NCBI GenBank assembly: GCA_965649765.1
Contig: OZ287754.1
Location: 35,340,001-35,404,000 of the forward strand
Direction: 5' to 3'
Source of the DNA: Bispira polyomma
Lineage: Eukaryota
Length of the DNA: 64,000 bases
In this document: one piece after another, positions 38,766 to 51,771 of the stretch
How positions within the stretch are numbered: position 1 is the stretch's first letter
Layout: the number at the start of each line of letters is the position of its first letter
The notes under the pieces: model-generated
What the model was told of the DNA's origin: nothing
Databases searched by the model: none
The model's input: only the letters and a program-made list of their open reading frames with translations
Program-made: the position numbers and the translations under genes

Positions 38766-41509
38766 TGGAGCAGGGATCCATTATGTAGTTGTTAATTTTT
38801 AATGTACTAATGACCCATGTGTATGCTGCAATATACTTTGTATATTATAGCTACAACGCAACCAGATATCTTGCTGGAAAAAGGCTAGGAAGAAGTATGA
38901 ATGAAATGAGAAAAGAATAATATAAATGTATTTGGAGAATGTCACATTGTATTATTAAATGTATATTGTAAATATAATGTAGATGTTTGTTCTTTTGAAT
39001 GTATATAAATTTAGAGTGTGTTGAGAACAAAAATTATTGGCTAATTAAGTTGACTTCATTTATAATTAAGTTTATAAGTCATTTTTATGTGTCATTTTAT
39101 TGTCAACTCTCAACCTTTTTAAGGTTAAATAATTAATATCAAACTATTTTTAATGATTTCTATATGTTATACTCAAATCAAAATATTTTATACATTTGTA
39201 CAATGCTGTACAATATAGTTTTGTCTTTCCTGGTTAAAAACGGTTTGCTATCCATGCATGCAAAAGTTGTGCCAGACAAAACTGACCAAAATACCTAATT
39301 TTAATACCAAAGCCAAACAAAATGTGAAAAACGTATAATTTTACTAATATGAGTTAATGCAAGGTAAAGATTTTTTACCACTAGGCACGAAGTTATTCAG
39401 TTCATCTGCAGCAACAACTTGACTGTATTTATTCCATAAATTAGATGAATGTACATTTATAGTCAGGAGGTAGATCCTAATGTTAAAGCCAAGAAAAGCT
39501 CACTGGTAATTGAATCTACACAAGCCTATTCTCCACCCCTTATCCTTTCGATAGTTAAAACATTTTCTCCCAAACTTTTTCTCTTTGTTTGCAACTATTT
39601 CAGTCGGTTATTCCTCTTTTCATTTGACAGCCAGTATTTTAAGGCTGACATTTTGACTGAAAAATGTCTGTGTGGGTGGCTTTGTCGAAGGCAAAAACCT
39701 TCTAAAAGATTGTAATCTGAATAACCCCTTTTCATGTTTTTTTTTGCAAGATACTTGGGATACTTTTAATTTAGTTCTTTATTATGATTTATTTTATCTA
39801 TAGCTTCTGAATTTATTTGGAAGTCTTCATTTGAATTTTAGATAAGGTGTCAAGACTGACATTGCTCGTCATTGCATAAATGTTACAGCACATTCACTTT
39901 GTTGTCAATTTGTATTTAAATTTTCTACTAAGGTACTTAATGGTTACAAGTACATATTTCAATAATATGATGTACTAGTCATATGGGCCATGATGCTTTA
40001 GTACTACGTACTGCATATAAAATAAATGGTTTGCACTTGTTAATATAAATATTGTATTTAATAATGTGTTGTACTAAATTTTATTTCTCAAATAAAAATT
40101 TAATTGTTCTTTGTAATTGTTGAGTCAAATAAAGGTCACTAAATAGTGCTAAAAATTTGTAGTTTGTAATCAAATATCAAAAATGAAATTTAGAGCTGCC
40201 TAAAGCTCTAAAGTTTCGTGGTCAATTTTTGCAGGTTATCAGAGAAAGATGTCCAGTAATATACTTGTAAATATGTCATATATATCAAAACTGATGGCCA
40301 AAGTCTGCAATTTATTACTACCTTGAAAATATTACTGCATACAGCATCAAGACAGGAAAGTAATACAGAATTGTTGGTTAAAGCTTTAGCATAGCAAATC
40401 ACTAACCTTCAACAAATCTACCGCCAATTTCCTCACATATACACTGGGATAGGAATTGGCGCAAAGGTAGGAGGCGAAAGAGTTACCTTTATACTACCAA
40501 GACCTCACAAAACATGACCATAGAGAAACCTTGGTGTTATTTGACATGGAAAGTGTCTAGGAGCTTATCTAAACATGTAGGAATTACCAAGATATTGTTA
40601 GCTTAATGTCTTTATAAACTTGCGGATATCTTGGAAAACAGTAAGCGAAATAGCAACATTCAAACATTATGTTTGAATACTTATAACTCATAACTGACAA
40701 GCTATACATACAAAATAATTTATCTGCGTAAGTTCAATTTATACTCAAATTATTTATTTGGACAGGTGATTAATTTTCCGATGACACCTTTTATAAGAAA
40801 ACTCCCTATGAAGGTTAATAGTAACTTGAAGTGTTCAAGGAAACTACAGTTAAAGTTCCTTTTATCCCACCATAATCGCTTGTCCTGGGCAAAATGTCAG
40901 CCTCAAGACTAAAACCAGACAATTCAATCTGCAGCTCAATCACCATTCCTTACATTCGAGGGCCATGTACCCGCAGGAGACAGCTTAGCAACACGTCAAT
41001 ATGTAAACACAATCTAAAATTCGACTGTTGCCCTTTTGGTAGAGTGCTGCACTAAATAGGCCAGTAGAGTTAGGGTGCAATTGATGTTTTCTCATAGAAA
41101 TACAAAGATAGAAGTAATGTGTTAAAGTAGAAGTTAATCAGTCGCTTAAACATTTCAAGGACTAGTGCATGTCAAAGCCAGGTAGAACACGTGATTATAA
41201 CAAGTTTGGAGATATTTACATGATATATATATCATCAATTATACATAAAAATTTAAAAGTATATGAATTTTTATATCTGCCAAAGCCAAAAGAAAACTAA
41301 AAAGAGATAACGATAGCAGTGAAAGCAATGAAAAAAACTGTCCATTTGTTGGAATACCTAATTTTATTAAGAGAGATCTTAAAGCTTCTCTGAGTTTAGA
41401 ATCAGTCTACAGGCCACCCCAGATATGGAAAGCAAATGAAATATGACAAAGGAAAGGCATACGACACTTTGGGCACTTTATTCTATCACTAACATCCAAC
41501 ATTTAATCA

Positions 41510-41900
41510 CTAAAAGGTTAGTCAGGTTAAAACACTCACTACTATTTACTCTTTAAGGTGATCGAGAGGTTAAGGCCACCTTAACATAATTAAGTTAACT
41601 ATAAGTATAAATAACACAGTAACTTTGAGGTCACCTTACCAAACTAAAAAGAATTACCATTTTAAATAACAAGGGTGACTTAAGGTCACCATAATGTGAA
41701 TGACTTTAAGGTTAACATTAACTATGATAACCCAGGTTTTTAAAGTTAGCTTTAATTAAGAAAAGTAGAATGTCTTAAGGTTATCTACCCATTATACCAT
41801 ACTACTAATGAAGATAAGAGACTTAAGGTCATCTTACATTTAGTTTAAGTTACTTACATTGTTACTAGTAACTAAGCAGTTTTAGTCAAGGCAACCTTAA
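41510..41900. repeat. TTAAGGTCACCTTAA-type palindrome array
   Basis: About 10 degenerate copies (e.g. TTAAGGCCACCTTAA, TTAAGGTCACC, TTAAGGTCATCTTA). Confidence 0.65.
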
Positions 41901-41902
41901 GC

Positions 41903-43050
41903 AATTTCCCAGTTATTCAACTTTGCAAACCACTTCAGGTAGAACTATTTTAAGGAGACATTGTCTTAAAAGACTTCTACTTGAATGGGTTTTCAAATTT
42001 AAAGGAGATTATATTTGGAAGGGCTTCATATTATCAAGGAGATTATATTCGGAAGGGCTTCATATTATCAAGGGGATTATATTTGGAAGGGCTTTTGTAT
42101 GTTTGATATTTTAGAAATTATTATCATTCATGTGTGTCGGGGCAAGTATATTTTGTTTTGTGTGTAAGTTGGATAAGTTATTTGTAGGGCCAGTAGTTGA
42201 GGTCTTGTAGTGAGGTTTTTTTCATTTAACAAACAGCTCAAATAATGGTTTTGAAACATTTGAGTGGCCCTAACAAGGGCCAATTGGTGGTCACATGACC
42301 GACAGAGGAAGAGAGTAGTGGCTAGTCATCGGAGGTGGTGGTTGTTACAGAAGTGGCTGTGGTGTCTGTTGGTGACCATATGTCAGCAATATCCCCGAAG
42401 CCGGCAGAAGTCCTAATGTTCTGGTAGCTGGTGTTAGGTGCGTTCAACTCTAAGCATCTGGCAAATGAGGAAGCTCCCGAGGTATTCAGTAGGTCACTGT
42501 CCACTGACTATGGGTTCATTGACATTGGGTTATACTACAGTGCACTAGTCCCACTAGTCGCGCTGCCTCCAGATTTCACTTGCTGGCTCTGAAGACCACT
42601 GGTGTTGGTCAAGGATGGTAATGTAGGTAATGTTTGTGTTGTAATCAAATTTGGGCAGGGTTGTTGCTGTGAAGGAGGCTGTGGTCTTGGTTGTTGCTGT
42701 TGTGGCGGTGGCTGTTAATAAATGTAGTGTCCCTCCTGTGGTTGTTGGGGAATGTAATTTAGAGGTGCCACCTGGTAGTGGTGGAAAGGCTGTTGCTGTG
42801 GCTGAAAGACTCTTGAACAGCAGGAAGGCACATTCTGGCAGTTTCTCTGTCTCAATGCTCAACCAGTTCATCGTGCTCCCTCATTTTCTGAGTGTTTTTA
42901 TACAGTGGATCACGCTTATTGTAGAGCAACTCATGCTCCTTCAAGTAGTCAACCAGAGCCTCCTCCTGCTCATCAGTTAACAACACATTTTTTGTTCTGC
43001 CCGACCTATCATGCCCGAGTTATCTTTACAGTCAGGGGTTCTTTGCGACT
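41903..43050 (-). mobile_element. MADF-encoding element, inverted homolog of 32440-33478
   Basis: Minus strand LTDEQEEALVDYLKEHELLYNKRDPLYKNTQK, Thr-rich tail, and the same 3' ~29-bp repeats (41990-42090). Confidence 0.7.
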
Positions 43051-44015
43051 TATCTCCGGAGTTATCTTTAGAATCAGGAGCTTGGTAATGACCTATCCTT
43101 ATGACATTTCTGAGTTATCTTTACCATCAGGGAATTTCTAAAAACCTATCCTTAACATTTGACAGGATAACTCGTGAGAAGTGGATGATAACTTGTAATG
43201 CTCCCGACCAATCAGGACGGATAGGACGATTAATCCATTTGAAAATGGAAAACTTTACTCGCGATTTAGATGCTGATTGGAAAGATTAATTATAAGGTAA
43301 CAATAACTCATTAGCAGCTTACGTTTGACATTGATTGGGCCCACCTATTGACCTATTGGCCTTAAGTCATTTAATTGCAGAAGTTTTCTAACATGTTAGT
43401 TAATTGGCACGAGTGACCACGAGTGTCCCGATTGACCCCAATAAGTCTGGACAACTCCTTGAGTGTCCCGATTAGCTTCTGATTGTATAATCGGGATGGT
43501 TGGGAGCTACTATCAGGATAGTGGAACAGCCCCATAAATGAAAACCTGCTGGCAATTAAACTGTTAGAGGTAGTCTGTAAGTGGTCGCAAATGGTTTTAC
43601 AAATGATGTATGAGAGATTCTTCTTGTCGGAAGCACCTGCATCTGAGTGGGAACAACTACTCAAACAAAGTACCATTCCCTATTACCAACTAGTTGATAG
43701 TCAGGGAAATTGGAAGGGTTTGCACATCATGACCCAACAGGGGTCTGATAGTTCAGTTCCTAAAACCCCCCTTCTTATTTAACACTACCTTAATTAGTTT
43801 AGGTATCTTCTCCTCTCTTCTCTCTATCCCTTTGTGGCACCCAATTAGGGGCCCTCTCTGCTTTGACTTATTTATCCCCCTTTCCACCATATTGAATTAA
43901 GTGATTCAACAGTAAACATCAAGAAATTTTAAATTTGGAAATACTTGGAAATAAACTCTTATTTTACTTTTAAGTGCTTTTATATATTTTATAACCTGTT
44001 TATATTGTTGGAATT

Positions 44016-45159
44016 ATGGGGAGGACAAGGAAAACCCCTTTGAGTGTGCCACTTAAGGATAAAAAACGTGCTCCTAGTAAGAAGGTGACAACAAAGACAG
44101 GTACTTCTGCTCGTGTTTCGGATCCGTTAACCATGAATTTAGAGGGTCTACTAACAGATACAACGACCCCCCCAACCTAATCCGGCTGGCAGTAATCAAG
44201 CCAATCTTGGGGATGTGATGGCTGTGCTTCAGAGGTTAGAAACGGCTAATTCAGATATTACCAGATGTCTCGACAGGGTCGAGTCGCGTGCATGTAGTTC
44301 TACCTCTCTCGGTTCACCTTCCGCCTCCAGAAACGGGACGATTTAGGATCAACCTCAGCCGGGCGAGTTCGTCCTCCCGCTGCATCCGAGAGACCACACT
44401 CGAGACCCTGCTTATCACCAGCCCAGGGCATCTCACCATGACTACCAGAGAGATGGCATTATACCTAAAGTAGATGTTTTAAGATCACTCCCAGAGGTAA
44501 CTGCAGCGGTGAATTACCGCCTTGCTACCTATGACGCCCAGCTACGCACAGAACTTACCCAAGGTAAGCCACTACTGCCACATAAGTCGGGACGTTATAA
44601 TACCACCGACATCGCTAATGCGGACCCACAATTCAGGTGGCCAAATGAGGGTTGCAGTGGGGTAGCTAGTAAAAAGAGACCGGCGTTTGACGACCTGACA
44701 CTTCCCCAATGGGCAGCCGGCCAATTATTTAATGTTTCACAAGTCCAGGACCAAACTTTACTGAGGCAAATGCTTGACCAGGTGATTAACTCATTAAAGG
44801 ACGCTTCTTCTCTCCCATGGCCAGCAGTTAGGGCAGCATGGGCTGCCAACATGCAGGAGGTGGAGGAGGGGCGCCTCCATTGGAGGGATGCCACTCAATG
44901 GGCACTAACGTGAATGAGTGTTTCCCAGCTGACGGTTCTGAACAGCCAGCATACAAACACAGGAACGGCTACTCAGAAGGGCAAATTATTGTGTAAATTT
45001 TACAACCTCGGCAAGTGTCATCAGGAAGGGGATCACGGGCAGTACCGACATATTTGTTCCTACTGCCACAGAGTCCTTAACACGGATGCTTCCCACCCGA
45101 CGGCAAAATGTGAGAAAAACAACTCCAAAACAAATCAAAACCAGGGAAACAAAGCCTAG
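44016..45159 (+). pseudogene. gag-like ORF1
   Basis: MGRTRKTP...; KSGRYN..RWPNEG..FDDLTLPQWAAGQL; C-terminal CKFYNLGKC..H..HICSYC..HP..C. Frameshifts and a TGA at 44911. Confidence 0.8.
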
Positions 45160-45356
45160 GGGTACAGTCAACAACTAACTGAACAAACGATTAGAAAGTG
45201 CGGGTATTCTGACAGTAGTATAGATGATGTAATTTGTTGTTATGGTAGTGATGAGCTTAAACATCAGAAAGTAAACAGAACTGTAACTGGTAATGACTAT
45301 ATAAGTTATGTGGTAATAATAACAGTAATATAGTAAAATTTCAGACAGAGTGTGTT

Positions 45357-47913
45357 TTGAAGCCCAACTTAAATGAGGGCATTATTGACTATAATGAAGA
45401 AGTACATAGTGACAGTATTTATCAGAATTTCAGTAACCAGATGTCACAATCTTCTGTAAAAGACATTAATCCTGAAATAATTACTAATGTTTATGATGTA
45501 GATTGTAATGACATAACTAACAGAGACTTTAATGGGGTTACCAAGGGTAACTACGAACTATGTAATGTCAGTGATGTGGACCATGATCAGGGTCATAGTG
45601 GCATAAGTTCTTTGGCTACTGTGTCTACTTGTAACTGGGTGGATCAAGGCATCCACAACTTAAATAACATTGTCTATCTAAATGTGCATGATTATCCCAT
45701 GGCTTCAGGGTTCTGTTACCAAAATTTCGGTTCTGATGGTTCTTACCAATTCAGTGCCTGCGGGCAAGTCCCTAATTCTTACTTGGAGATTATAACAACC
45801 ATAGAGATAATGGTCTATATTGATCCTACCTACTGGGTTTGTAACCAGTACACTCCAAAACAAAGGCAGTATGCCAATAATGTACATTACCATTATAACA
45901 GAGACCTGGAATGCCATGGCACTTATGGCTGTGATTATACACAGTATATTGGTAAACTTATTGATCACATAATTGATAGAGATGATTCCACTGGGGACAA
46001 TAATAATTCACCCATGCTGGAACCTGCCAGTGAACCTGACAATGCTAGAATCACGTCCATCCGTTCATCTGACAAACAAGCTGGCTGGTCGGGCGAACAG
46101 GACAGCTAACATTTTACCAATTTGATTACACAGAGTAAAAGGCATACCTCCTTTATTGATAACAAGACCACTGATATTCACGATAATACCAAAGCACTTG
46201 GCTTCATTAAGTTATCACATGTGGACTTTGAATTCACTGGTCCAGATAAGGAACCTATGACTATCACTACTGTTGACAATATGCTAGAAATAGCCGAAAT
46301 TATTAGAGACACAGGCGTTCCCAATTACAGGGCTGCCAGAATTCCTTTAAGTTATGGCCTCAATATTGAAGCCTGGGAAAACATACTTACAGGTCACCAT
46401 GACAAAATCCTGTTACAGTATCTTAAATTCGGATTTCCTCTGTCTCTGGAAAATCCTCAGCTACTGCATAACAACAATCTGAACAATCATCACTCTGCAA
46501 CACAATACCCTCAAGAGGTGTTTAAGTATCTTGAAAAGGAAAAGTCTAAGGGCACCATTTTGGGCCCAGTTGCTCAAATAAGAGATACCCATTACCATGC
46601 TTCTCCCTTGTTGACTAGGCCAAAAGACATTGATAAGCGTAGGATTATTCTCAATTTATCTTGTCCTCATGACCTTTCAGTTAACAGTCAGGTCTCCAGA
46701 GATACCTTTGACAGTGTTAAGTTTGCACTTAGGTTCCCCACCATTGATCACATCACTGAGGCTACTAGAAATACCAATGACCCAGTAATGTTTAAAACGG
46801 ATGTCTCCAGGGCCTTCAGGAACCTTAGGGTTGACCCGGTTGATGCTGTGAAGCTAGGTATAAATTGGGACTGTAAATCATATGTTGACGCTGCCGTGGC
46901 ATTTGGCTGGGCCCACGGCAGCGCATCTTTTCAGCGTTGTTCTGACATTATAGCTGAGGGATCAAGGTTTTACACTGTTCTGTTACATTGATGATTATGC
47001 ATGTATTTGCAATAGAGAGAAAGCTAGTAAGGGTTATGACCTGCTTCATGACATACTTCTGAAGCTTGGCCTTCCCATCAACCAAAAAAAATCAGTCTCC
47101 CCCAGTACTTTCACAACCTTCTTAGGTATAGACATAGACATTCAGGAGGGCATTAACAGCATTAACCAAGACAAAATTGATTCTATTTACAAGGAGCTTC
47201 AGCTCATTAGTCAGAAATCCTGGTTATCACGAACAAAATATCAATCTATGCTAGGGAAGCTCCTATATGTGCATAAGTGTGTTTGCCCTGCCAGAACTTT
47301 TATAAACAGACTATTAGCTGTATTTAGGGATAACCCTCAAGCCAAACGATTCAAGGTTACACACAATATAAGACAAGATATTGCTTGGTTCTTATCTTTT
47401 CTTCCCCTGTATAACAGCATTACATACATTTCACCCAAGGACATTCAACATATGCAAGAATTCCACTTAGATGCTTGTCTGACAGGTTTCGGCAGCATTT
47501 GGAATAAGGAAGTATATGCTAGCCCTATATACAACATTTACAACAGAACCTTGGACATCACACAGTTAGAAATGTTAAACATTATTATAGCATTAAGGTT
47601 ATGGGGTAAAAACTGGGCCCACCAGAGAGTCACAGTATGGTGTGACAACCTGGCAGTGGTGTTAGTTGTTGACACTGGTAAAACTAGGGATTCTTTTCTT
47701 GCCACATGTATCAGAAACATATAGCTTTTAGTTTCCACCTTCTACATAACATTAAACATAAAACATATTAGGGGTCAGAAAAACATTAAGGCGGATGCTT
47801 TATCCTGCATTCACTCTGCCAATCCTCCAAATATAGGAATAATGAGAGAGCTAGACAACTATCACTGGAGACACATACCTATAGAATTCTTTAACTTAAA
47901 TTATATCATATAA
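45357..47913 (+). pseudogene. pol: long N-terminal extension + RT + RNase H
   Basis: PNYRAARIP..FGFPL; ASPLLTRPK..RRIILNLS; FKTDVSRAFRNL; FGWAHGS; CYIDDY; FHLDACLTG..ITQLEMLN..WCDNLAVV..HIRG..N..ADALS. Several stops and frameshifts. Confidence 0.9.
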
Positions 47914-47919
47914 TTACAG

Positions 47920-48884
47920 GTGCAGCTCCATCAACTTTACCTCTGGCTCTGGCAGCAGTCCAGCGACAAGATTCTGCCCTGAGGCCATCTACAACCAGTG
48001 CATACATCTCACAGTTCAAGACTTATTTAGGGTTTTTATATTATTCAGGCCTGCAGCAGGTTTCAGTACATTCTATCCTCTCATTTCTGGAATATTTAAC
48101 CCAGAACAACATTTCCCCTAGGGTAATGAACAATTATGTCACTGCCCTCAAGTTTATGTTCTCTAAATACAATCTAAACACGCACGTGTTAACCCACAAC
48201 TCTGTGTCAATGTTCCTCAGGAGCTTGACTCAAACTTTAAGCCTCAGAAAAAGGGGATTTTGACCTCCTCATGCTTCAAAACATTTCAAGAACATGTTCA
48301 ATTCTCAATGACCCTATTCTGTACAGGGCCATATTTCTAGTCTCATTCTTCGGCTTCTTAAGGATGTCAAACATCGCCCCCATTCCAGGAGTAGATTTGA
48401 TCCCTCGAGACACTTTCTAAGGCAAGACTTAGTGTTTGGCCCACCAGGGGCACATCTAATCCTTAAGTGGGCTAAAAACATGCAGAATAAGACAGATACT
48501 CATGTAGTTCAATTACCTATTCTCCAGAACAAGTCACTTTGCTCTGTTTCTGCTCTCACGAAACTTCAGTCTAGGGACCTGTCTCCCACTGCTCCCTTAT
48601 TTGTAGCCTCTTCCCCTCCATACCATGTAATTATTGACTCTCATATCAGATCAGCACTCAAGATTGTGTTACAACATCTTGGGGTTGACCATACCTACCA
48701 CAGCTTCCATACCTTCCGTAGGTCAGGGGCCTCACTGGCATTTAATAATAATGTGTCATTGCAGCACATAATGTCCCACGGCTTATGGCGCAGCTCTGCA
48801 ATCTGGGCCTATCTTCAACACTCTTCCTCACAAGCTGCAGTCATCCCTACCACTTTGGCCTCCATCATTCCCTCTACCCTCTAG
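47920..48884 (+). pseudogene. Tyrosine recombinase (no in-frame ATG before its N-terminal domain)
   Basis: ALRPSTTSAY; GFLRMSNI (catalytic R); FHTFRRSGAS (HxxR); HGLWRSSAIWAYL (W, Y). Small frameshifts. Confidence 0.9.
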
Positions 48885-49095
48885 TTTGGGTTTGGGTATA
48901 TTTTAAAATTTTACAAGTTAAATTTTAAACTACTTTTTACCTACCTGTATATAGTACTAACCTGTATAGAATAAACTTCTCCAAACAAAACAGTATTCAC
49001 ATTTGACCTACCACTTATCTCAAGGTCAACTCATTCATACTCACTTGGGAACTGTGAGCCAGGTGAAGGCATACTTTCTGGAAACAGACGTCAAT

Positions 49096-49440
49096 ATGTC
49101 ATATGTATTTCACAAGTCTGAAGATGACAGGGCCACAACGAGTCAAACCACCACTCCAACCACCACCACTCCAGCCACCACTGACTTGCCAAACACTACT
49201 GGTCGTTCAGCTGCTGACCCATCTACTGCAGCAGTCGAAAGGGGCAAGGAATATGTGGACAATTGGAATCCACCTCTGTGGACAAATGTTTCTGAGCAGT
49301 TGACAGAGAAACAAGAGCAGCAGCGGGTGGCTTGGTTTAAGGCTAATTTCATATTATTCGGCCAGTCCATCAGGAGGGACTTCAAGAACAGGTCCAAATG
49401 GGACAGACTGCTGAGTGAGAAGGGTGAGGTAATGGGGATG
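49096..49440 (+). pseudogene. MADF-like ORF/exon with Thr-rich N-terminus
   Basis: LTEKQEQQRVAWFKANFILFGQSIRRDFKNRSKWDRLLSEKG resembles the MADF pattern of the other copies; donor-like GAG|GTAATG at ~49430. Confidence 0.55.
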
Positions 49441-51317
49441 GTGATAAGTGTCACTCACAATTAATAAGTAAGTAAAGAAGTTGGTAAATAATTTAAAATG
49501 TTAATAAATCACTAAATAATTTAATAGTGGGTAAATAAGTTATTAAATATTTAAAATGTAACAGAATACTGTAAAGAATAAATGGGTATTACATAACAGT
49601 TGTAACTATTTTAAAGATGTAAAATAAATATCACGTGGTATTATAAATGATGTTACAATATAATAAATATTTTTTTCGTGTTGCCTACTTTCAGATTCCC
49701 AGATCTGTATGATGACGACACACAAATATACTTTGTTTTCATATTTTTATTTTTTTTTCTTCAATGTGCACAATATTATATACAATTAATTCATTTTCAA
49801 GTATACATACAATTTATGATTTTACCAAATTCCATGTATTACATTTACATAATCTATTTTAGTGAATCCATTCCGGTGTCTCTCTGGAACAATTACGGAT
49901 TTATAAACAATTACATCATTATTCTTTTAAAAAGCTTCTCTAACATATAAATTAAAAAAAAAAAAAAAACACTTTTAGATATATTTTCAGATACCCTTGG
50001 GTTTATGAGTAAATGTTCGGTTCTGCTGACTTATTCTGAAAGAAAAAAACATTCCCATTTTTTTCATACTTGCTCAAATAGAATATATAAGTCACTGCAA
50101 AACATGCATGACTATTCAGGCGCAAAAATATATGACCTTACAGTATTTTGGAAAGCTATGGCAACTTGGTCTGAGGCATTATGATCTTTTGTGATATATT
50201 TCCGTACATATTCTGATGTCCGTGTGCCATGGCTTTAAATTTCTTGTAGTGGAACATGACTATATTATGAAATGTAATGGGGGAATACGTCAAGCTTAAT
50301 CTTGATAGAATTTGCCTTAAGGTATGCCTTATTTTTGAATCGGTAAGAGGAACCCATCCATTTGGGGTTTGGAATTGAAAAAGAGGGGAATTATCTAGTC
50401 CCGGTAAGATAGCTAGAATGTTTTTTATAGCTACTAATGAACATAATAGTGATTTAAGAATATGTGGTACTTTTTGGATCCTGATTAAATTTCTGTTTTG
50501 TAGGGTTTTTGACTATTTAATTATTATTTGCAAACCATCTGAGGGTTAGTGGAACCAGGTTTGAAATTCTTCAGAGAGAAAAGAAGGCCAACAGGTAGGT
50601 CACTTTGAATACCTGGCCTATGTACATTGTATCACAGGTTTGCACTATCTGAGTAAAGAGTGAAATGTCAATGACTTTATTGATCCTGGCTCTAAATGGT
50701 CTCTGTAAGGTCAGAGCTTTTTTAAAGTACTTGATACGCGGATTTGTGAATGCATTTACATTAATTCCATGTAAACTAAGCTTTGCTTTAAAAGCAGCCA
50801 AGTAATGGCAATTGAGGGCTGTGATACTTTCCTAGCTACCAGTACCTGGTGAAAAGAGAGTAACAGTATAGGTGAAATTTGTGTGATGTTGATGCTTACA
50901 AATGTGGTATAAGCTACAAAGACCCTAAACATGCTTTGATAAACCTGCTGAGTGGCTGGCCTAAAAACCAGGTGGGCTGTGTGAAGCTTGGCCTGCTAAT
51001 TGCAACACCAGGGTGGATACATCTGAAATACATTAGATACTCTAATCAATAAATAGCATCTCATCCGACACCTCTACCCATTGTTGTTCAGGAATTAATT
51101 GCTGCAACTTTACTTCTGGTTTGGAAACTCTGTGCCACCCGGGTAGCAAATCCATTTAGTTTCCCCAATATATGAACAGGTCTTATATTTATGTCTGCCT
51201 TTGCTACTTCCACGAATATGTCACATGCAATGGCTGCCAGCGTTAGATCTCTAGTTTTGCCTGAGTTTAGGATTGTTACAAGGACCTGGTTGTCACCAGT
51301 TTTTTACCTTGGCATAT

Positions 51318-51729
51318 CAGTCCTATGGGAAAGAAGCCAATAAGTGAAAAGCAGTATATAAAACATATTTGGAGTTTATTTTAAAACATTCCTTCTTTAC
51401 CCTTTTTGTTACAACATTAACAACATGTTAGCATTACTATACATCACTGTCTGTTAACACAACTACTTTTACACATTACTTTTGTTAGGATTATTAACAG
51501 CTTTTATTGTGACATTAATATTAATCTACATGTTAAAACTCTACTACTGACACCTATAATACAATATAGCTGGGAAGCGTTTAGCTCATGGAGCATTCTG
51601 GCTTACATCTTTTATAATTACTAATCAGGCATGCCATTTACCTACGGTGTTAAGCTATCATTAACCATAGTTGAGGAATGTCTGGTATACTAAAACTTAA
51701 GTATCGAAATTTTAAACAATTGTAAAGGG
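51318..51729 (-). repeat. Split direct repeat B2
   Basis: Direct copy of 52151-52563. Confidence 0.95.
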
Positions 51730-51771
51730 ATAAATTAAAAGAACTTTAATCATGGGTAAGTGGAGGGTGGG

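Larger units (their letters stand above)
43760..48900 (+). mobile_element. Ngaro-like YR retrotransposon, coding region near full length but disabled; 3' repeats not found
   Basis: gag, pol (RT-RNase H) and YR in order; B1-A2-B2 not recognisable downstream; 5' boundary approximate. Confidence 0.9.
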
